Below are positions 60,025-64,000 of a stretch of DNA of 64,000 nucleotides, piece after piece. The first letter of the stretch is position 1. Each line of letters begins with the position of its first letter. This stretch comes from an uncultured Gammaproteobacteria bacterium (lineage in GTDB: Bacteria; Patescibacteriota; Patescibacteriia; JAHIZJ01): positions 42 through 64,041 of the forward strand of contig CAZQLY010000008.1 of the NCBI GenBank assembly GCA_964594455.1, given 5' to 3'. The translations under genes were made by a program, and so were the position numbers. The notes below the pieces were generated by a model, which had not been told where the DNA came from, ran no database searches, and worked only from the letters and a program-made list of their open reading frames with translations.

Positions 60025-61149
60025 TTAGGTGCGTTCGACTTTGAAAGTTTTCCAGGCGAGTATAAAAGATACGACTATCCAGCCGCCCAAAATAGCGAAC
60101 TGATAGGGGAAGTCAGACAGCGGGGCGGCGTTGATTGAAATACCGCGTAGTATTTTCAACAGTGAAGTCAAAGGTAAGAAATCGACTATTTTTTCCACCA
60201 TTGTCGGCAGCATGTCAGGCGAGAAGAAGACTCCAGACAAGAACATCATCGGTGTGGTAATAGCATTGGCCATGGCTTCGGCCGTGTTGACTGTTCGGGC
60301 TATGCCAGCCACAAAGAATCCGATATTGAGGAAGATAATTGTTCCAAGCAGAGTGATCAAGACCATATTCAAATAACTGCCGTAGACCTGGATCCCAAAG
60401 AATACCCGTCCCACTCCCAGGATCAATCCGATTTGTATAAGGGCTAGGAAAAGGTGTGAACCTACTTCAGATATCAAGAAGCTGGATATCTTGATCGGCG
60501 TAGCCATGAAACGCTTGAGTATTTTTCTTTCGCGATAGCGGGTGATGCCGACCGCAATACCGATGATAGAGGAAAACATTATCGACATTCCCAGCACGCC
60601 TGGCATGATGAAGTCCAGGTATTTTATATCCTGGCCGGTGACCGTTTCTGTTTCAACTGCGAAAAGTCTGGGCGTCTGATTTATCTGAAGGTTTAATTCG
60701 TTTAAAAATTGATTTAATACACTGACAATAACCGGACTCTGTTGATTGGATTCATCTAACATTACAGAAAAGGTAATGGGTTCTGGCTCGGCTGCAGTAT
60801 CGGCTGGCCGGCCACTGGCTTGAGCAAAAAGCAGACCGTATGATTCCGGAATAGTAATCATGCCATCCAGCTCTCCTTCACGGATTAGATCGATAGCTTT
60901 TTCTTTTGAACTGACTTTTGTTTCCTCAAAGATTTCCATATCCAGTATTTGTGATTTCAACTGGGCTGAAGCTTCGGTATTTGAATTGTCTATAATAGCC
61001 ACATTGAAATTAGTCGGCGTGTCGAAGTTGAATAATCCGAATATTATCAAGAACAACAAAGGGAAGACCAAAGACCAGAAGAGCGCCTGCCGGTCACGCA
61101 GAGTCATTTTTATATTAGCGATCCATAATTTGTAGGTGGGGCTATTCAC
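60025..61149 (-). CDS. ABC-2 type exporter permease
   Basis: LFWSLVFP, YLDFIMPG, LKRFMATP and MMFLSGVFF. Confidence 0.92.
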   Translation of the reverse strand: MNSPTYKLWIANIKMTLRDRQALFWSLVFPLLFLIIFGLFNFDTPTNFNVAIIDNSNTEASAQLKSQILDMEIFEETKVSSKEKAIDLIREGELDGMITIPESYGLLFAQASGRPADTAAEPEPITFSVMLDESNQQSPVIVSVLNQFLNELNLQINQTPRLFAVETETVTGQDIKYLDFIMPGVLGMSIMFSSIIGIAVGITRYRERKILKRFMATPIKISSFLISEVGSHLFLALIQIGLILGVGRVFFGIQVYGSYLNMVLITLLGTIIFLNIGFFVAGIARTVNTAEAMANAITTPMMFLSGVFFSPDMLPTMVEKIVDFLPLTSLLKILRGISINAAPLSDFPYQFAILGGWIVVSFILAWKTFKVERT

Positions 61150-61984
61150 GGAGCTTGCTCCCGGTTAAATTTAAAAATACGTCTTCCAGAGTAGCCCGAT
61201 GAATCTCTATCCCGCGCAGTTTATTGCCATTCTGCTTGGTCCATTGGATCAGGGGAGGAATGGTGATTGAAGCGTGGGCAATATTTAGACGGTAGATGCC
61301 TTCACCATTTTTCTGGCTATCGATAACACCAGCGATTTTTTGGAACTCGTTGGGATCGACTTGGTTTTTTTCCAAACGAAAGCTGAGATGAGCTGAAGCT
61401 TCAAGCTGGTCGATTAAAATATCCGGAGAGTCTAAAGCCACAATCTTTCCGTGATCAATAACACCCACCCGGTCACACAGCTCTTCCGCTTCTTCCATAT
61501 AATGAGTAGTCAATACAATGGTTCGGCCTTGCTCGTTTATCTTTCTGATAAATTTCCACATATAGCGCCGGGCTTGGGGGTCTAAACCAGTAGTGGGTTC
61601 ATCCAGAAAAACTATTTCCGGTTCATTCACCAGACTGACGGCAATTGAAAAGCGCTGCTGCTGTCCGCCCGAGAGGTGTTTGACTAGGGCTTTTCTTTTC
61701 TCGGTCAGATCGACCACTTCCAGCAGTTTACCAAAGTCAGCCTGCTGAGGATAAAAGCAGCCAAACAGTTTTAATATTTCAATCAAGCTGAGGTGGTCAA
61801 AGAAAGATGAAGACTGCAGCTGGATGCCGATTTTTTCTTTTACCTTCTGGGATTCTTTTTGAGAATCATGGCCCAGTACTTTGGTAGTGCCGCTGGTTTG
61901 TTTTTGTAGGCCCTCGATTATTTCCAGAGTGGTAGCGTCTTGGGGAAATTTTTTGACCAGGTCATTAACTTCAATAATTGACAT
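61142..61984 (-). CDS. ABC transporter ATP-binding protein lacking Walker A (possible pseudogene)
   Basis: LSGGQQQR, FLDEPTTGLD and TTHYMEEAE are present, but LVKKFPQDA joins directly to TTLEIIEGL with no GxxGxGKT. Confidence 0.85.
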   Translation of the reverse strand: MSIIEVNDLVKKFPQDATTLEIIEGLQKQTSGTTKVLGHDSQKESQKVKEKIGIQLQSSSFFDHLSLIEILKLFGCFYPQQADFGKLLEVVDLTEKRKALVKHLSGGQQQRFSIAVSLVNEPEIVFLDEPTTGLDPQARRYMWKFIRKINEQGRTIVLTTHYMEEAEELCDRVGVIDHGKIVALDSPDILIDQLEASAHLSFRLEKNQVDPNEFQKIAGVIDSQKNGEGIYRLNIAHASITIPPLIQWTKQNGNKLRGIEIHRATLEDVFLNLTGSKLRE

Positions 61985-61990
61985 AGCAAG

Positions 61991-62019
61991 ATTTTAGCAC
62001 ATTACAACATGTTGTTCAA
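61991..62019 (-). promoter_or_regulatory. Promoter of the ABC operon, probably leaderless
   Basis: TTGAAC-17 nt-TAAAAT with TG extension, 6 nt before the ATG. Confidence 0.6.
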
Positions 62020-62088
62020 TTGGAAGATTTTCGGTATTTTTTAGTTGAGAATATATGATATCGAATGTAAATTTTTAATTCACTTTTA

Positions 62089-62895
62089 TCAAATAGTCTG
62101 GGCTTTTATTATCTTTAATAACTTCTGATGCAGAGTAGGAGATGTTGCGAGAAAAGTAAAATTGTCTTGTGGTCGAAAAAGGGCGTTTGAATAATTAATA
62201 GCATTTCCAAAAAAATCAGTGTAAACTCCGCCCGCTTCTTCAATGATTATCTGCTGTGCCACATTATCCCATATTTTGCTCGTGCGATTTAAAAAAGCGC
62301 CATAATTTCCCTTGGACACCATGGCAGCATCAAAGACGCTATTGCTTGTTCGTAAGTTTCTGATATTCAAAACTATTTCAGCCAAGAGGGCACACTCATC
62401 TCTGGTAAATTTTGAATTCTCCTGATGTCCATCAATTCCATATGCCACAAGCGTTTTTTTCAAATCGCCTTCTTTGGTGACACTGATTTTTTTAGAATTA
62501 CAAAACGCACCTTGTCCTTTCTCGGCCACATAAATTTCAAAAAAGTTTGGCAAAGCTAATCCGCCAGCTATCGGAACATCATTTTTTAGCAATCCAAGCT
62601 CTATCCCATACAGTGGTGTTCCGTTGGCAAAGTTACTGGTACCGTCAATTGGATCAACAACCCAAGTGAAATTGGAATTATTATTGATAACGCCAGCTTC
62701 TTCATCAATGATGTTATGCTCGGGAAACTTGGTCTTGATTTTCTCAATCAATAGTTTTCCAATTTCCAAGTCAGTCTCGGTAAGCACCTGGTTATTGTCA
62801 TCTTCCTTAATGGTGGCAATAACTCTGCCAATACTTTTTCTTGCAACGTTCGAAGATTCTTCTAAAGATTGGGCGATAAAATTTTTGTATTTCAT
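62089..62895 (-). CDS. Inositol monophosphatase family protein (cassette gene)
   Basis: DEE, WVVDPIDGTSNF and WDNVA....EEAGG. Confidence 0.92.
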   Translation of the reverse strand: MKYKNFIAQSLEESSNVARKSIGRVIATIKEDDNNQVLTETDLEIGKLLIEKIKTKFPEHNIIDEEAGVINNNSNFTWVVDPIDGTSNFANGTPLYGIELGLLKNDVPIAGGLALPNFFEIYVAEKGQGAFCNSKKISVTKEGDLKKTLVAYGIDGHQENSKFTRDECALLAEIVLNIRNLRTSNSVFDAAMVSKGNYGAFLNRTSKIWDNVAQQIIIEEAGGVYTDFFGNAINYSNALFRPQDNFTFLATSPTLHQKLLKIIKAQTI

Positions 62896-62927
62896 AATGT
62901 AAAAAAAGTGAATTAAAATTTTTTTAT

Positions 62928-62989
62928 TTCCAACGTCCGCGTATCATGGCCGTGGATAGAAGCGGAATGGCAGATATACACTGTTGTGC
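62928..62989 (-). repeat. attC-like site (62 bp)
   Basis: GCACAAC-AGTGTAT...ATACGC-GGAC-GTTGGAA imperfect palindrome. Confidence 0.7.
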
Positions 62990-63089
62990 GGAGTAGCGCT
63001 TGTGTTTCGATTACTTTTATGTTCAATTGAAGCATCATAGAAGGTGGGGATGGATTGTTGGTTCCATCCCCGGAAGGTCAGACGTTGTG

Positions 63090-63308
63090 CTATGTTCGCG
63101 TCTTGCTTGGTTGAGTGGATTTTGTTCGTGCCTCATCGTGAAGCGGGCACCCTTCGGTTCTGAATGAAGGTAGTCCTGTCGCATGATGAGGTGGGAGTCC
63201 GGTAGCCTCGTTGACCCAGTCATCGAGCGCAGAGTCAGAATCAGCGTACTGGCACGTACAACCCCGACGCCGCGCTTCATCAGAACAAGGCTTGAGTGAG
63301 CTGGCCAT
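63090..63308 (-). CDS. Small Cys/His protein, putative Zn-binding (72 aa)
   Basis: SD AAAGGAGG just before the ATG; PCSDEA...GCTC...GCPLH pattern. Confidence 0.65.
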   Translation of the reverse strand: MASSLKPCSDEARRRGCTCQYADSDSALDDWVNEATGLPPHHATGLPSFRTEGCPLHDEARTKSTQPSKTRT

Positions 63309-63355
63309 GTCTCCTCCTTTCTGACCTTCTACAGTGCTTCAATTTTCAGAGGGCG

Positions 63356-63423
63356 CTATTACGTTTCGCAGTGATCCGACGTCTGGAGCGATAGCGGAAG
63401 ATGTTGAATACTGCGTGTTAGAT
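63356..63423 (-). repeat. attC-like site (68 bp) with a degenerate R' core
   Basis: ATCTAAC-ACGCAGT...ACTGCG-AAAC-GTAATAG; GTT has become GTA. Confidence 0.7.
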
Positions 63424-63451
63424 GACCCGAAGGGCTTGAGTCGCCAAAAAA

Positions 63452-63913
63452 TTATTCGTGAATTTCAAACTTATACTCAGTAAACACACCGTCTTTATAA
63501 ATGAATTTTCCAGAGAAAAAACCTTCTTGATCTAGCCACTTCATAAAGATTTTATCTGCCTCCCATAAATTCAAATCAAACAACTTGTCATCATCAATCC
63601 ATTCAAGATTCCCTTCATTCGATTCTATCAATTCTCCATCAAATTCAGTAATCACAAAAAGGAAAACATACCAAGTTTCTCCCTTGCTAAATTGAGGAAA
63701 TGTAAGCATACCTTTCATTGAAGGATTTTTTACATTCAATCCGCATTCTTCTTTGACTTCACGGATTATGCATTCTTCTGGAGTTTCCCCGTCTTCAATT
63801 TTACCACCAAGACCATTCCACTTTCCTTCGTGCATGTCGTTTTCCTTTTTGACACGATGAAGCATAAGGGTTTTTCTATTTTTTCTAATGTAACATAGTG
63901 TTGCGAGTTTCAT
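63452..63913 (-). CDS. NUDIX hydrolase, 8-oxo-dGTP diphosphatase-like (cassette gene)
   Basis: WNGLGGKIEDGETPEECIIREVKEECGL Nudix box and LWEAD. Confidence 0.92.
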   Translation of the reverse strand: MKLATLCYIRKNRKTLMLHRVKKENDMHEGKWNGLGGKIEDGETPEECIIREVKEECGLNVKNPSMKGMLTFPQFSKGETWYVFLFVITEFDGELIESNEGNLEWIDDDKLFDLNLWEADKIFMKWLDQEGFFSGKFIYKDGVFTEYKFEIHE

Positions 63914-63954
63914 ATTAAAATGTGATTAACAAATAAAAATTTTTTGGCTATTTC

Positions 63955-64000
63955 ATCTAACGGCTTCGGAATGGGCGAAGTGGCCGAAGGTCTTCCGAAG
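63955..64000 (-). repeat. 3' half of an attC-like site, cut by the window edge
   Basis: ...CCACTTCGCCCATTCCGAAGCC-GTTAGAT; a GTTRRRY core about 40 nt before the NUDIX ATG. Confidence 0.7.

Larger units (their letters stand above)
62019..64000 (-). mobile_element. Distal end of an integron-like gene cassette array (integrase not in window)
   Basis: Three co-oriented short genes separated by attC-like palindromes with AAC...GTT-type cores. Confidence 0.75.

Noticed and set aside
63035-63280. Alternative 81-aa ORF on the minus strand
   Set aside because: It overlaps the 72-aa ORF, which has the SD and Cys/His pattern, and runs through the hairpin and IR
62928-64000. CRISPR array or simple terminators
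   Set aside because: The repeats are long, divergent palindromes separated by whole genes, lack U-tracts and carry attC-like cores; no cas genes are present

Overview
Chromosomal window of an AT-rich bacterium using genetic code 11. Gene content and order (pilMNO without pilQ, PEGA-murA-ctpA, L9 present, few SD motifs, many orphan ORFs) suggest a Patescibacteria/CPR genome, probably Parcubacteria/ABY1-like; this is inference, not a classification. Layout: (1-23.8 kb) a surface-glycan locus with many glycosyltransferases, a CMP-nonulosonate synthetase, methyltransferases, DUF362, a CapK-like ligase and rmlACBD interrupted by a four-helix-bundle gene, a PfkB kinase and ahcY. (23.8-30.4 kb) housekeeping genes. 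(30.4-41.7 kb) a type IV pilus operon and a GT-C transferase. (41.7-56 kb) a permuted dcw cluster. (56-64 kb) an accessory region. Most notable: (a) the distal end of an integron-like attC cassette array at 62.0-64.0 kb, where every cassette ORF is also bracketed by its own inverted repeat; no integrase lies in the window. (b) A 56.8-59.5 kb locus with two apparent pseudoenzymes (asparaginase-like; NDT-like fused to RHH), a tail-less SSB, two tandem structured RNA-like elements sharing one helix, and a recurring CCGTC motif. (c) A four-helix-bundle gene enclosed by inverted heptamer arrays. No rRNA, tRNA, CRISPR array, transposase or integrase was recognised. All calls come from reading the sequence; no searches or folding programs were run.
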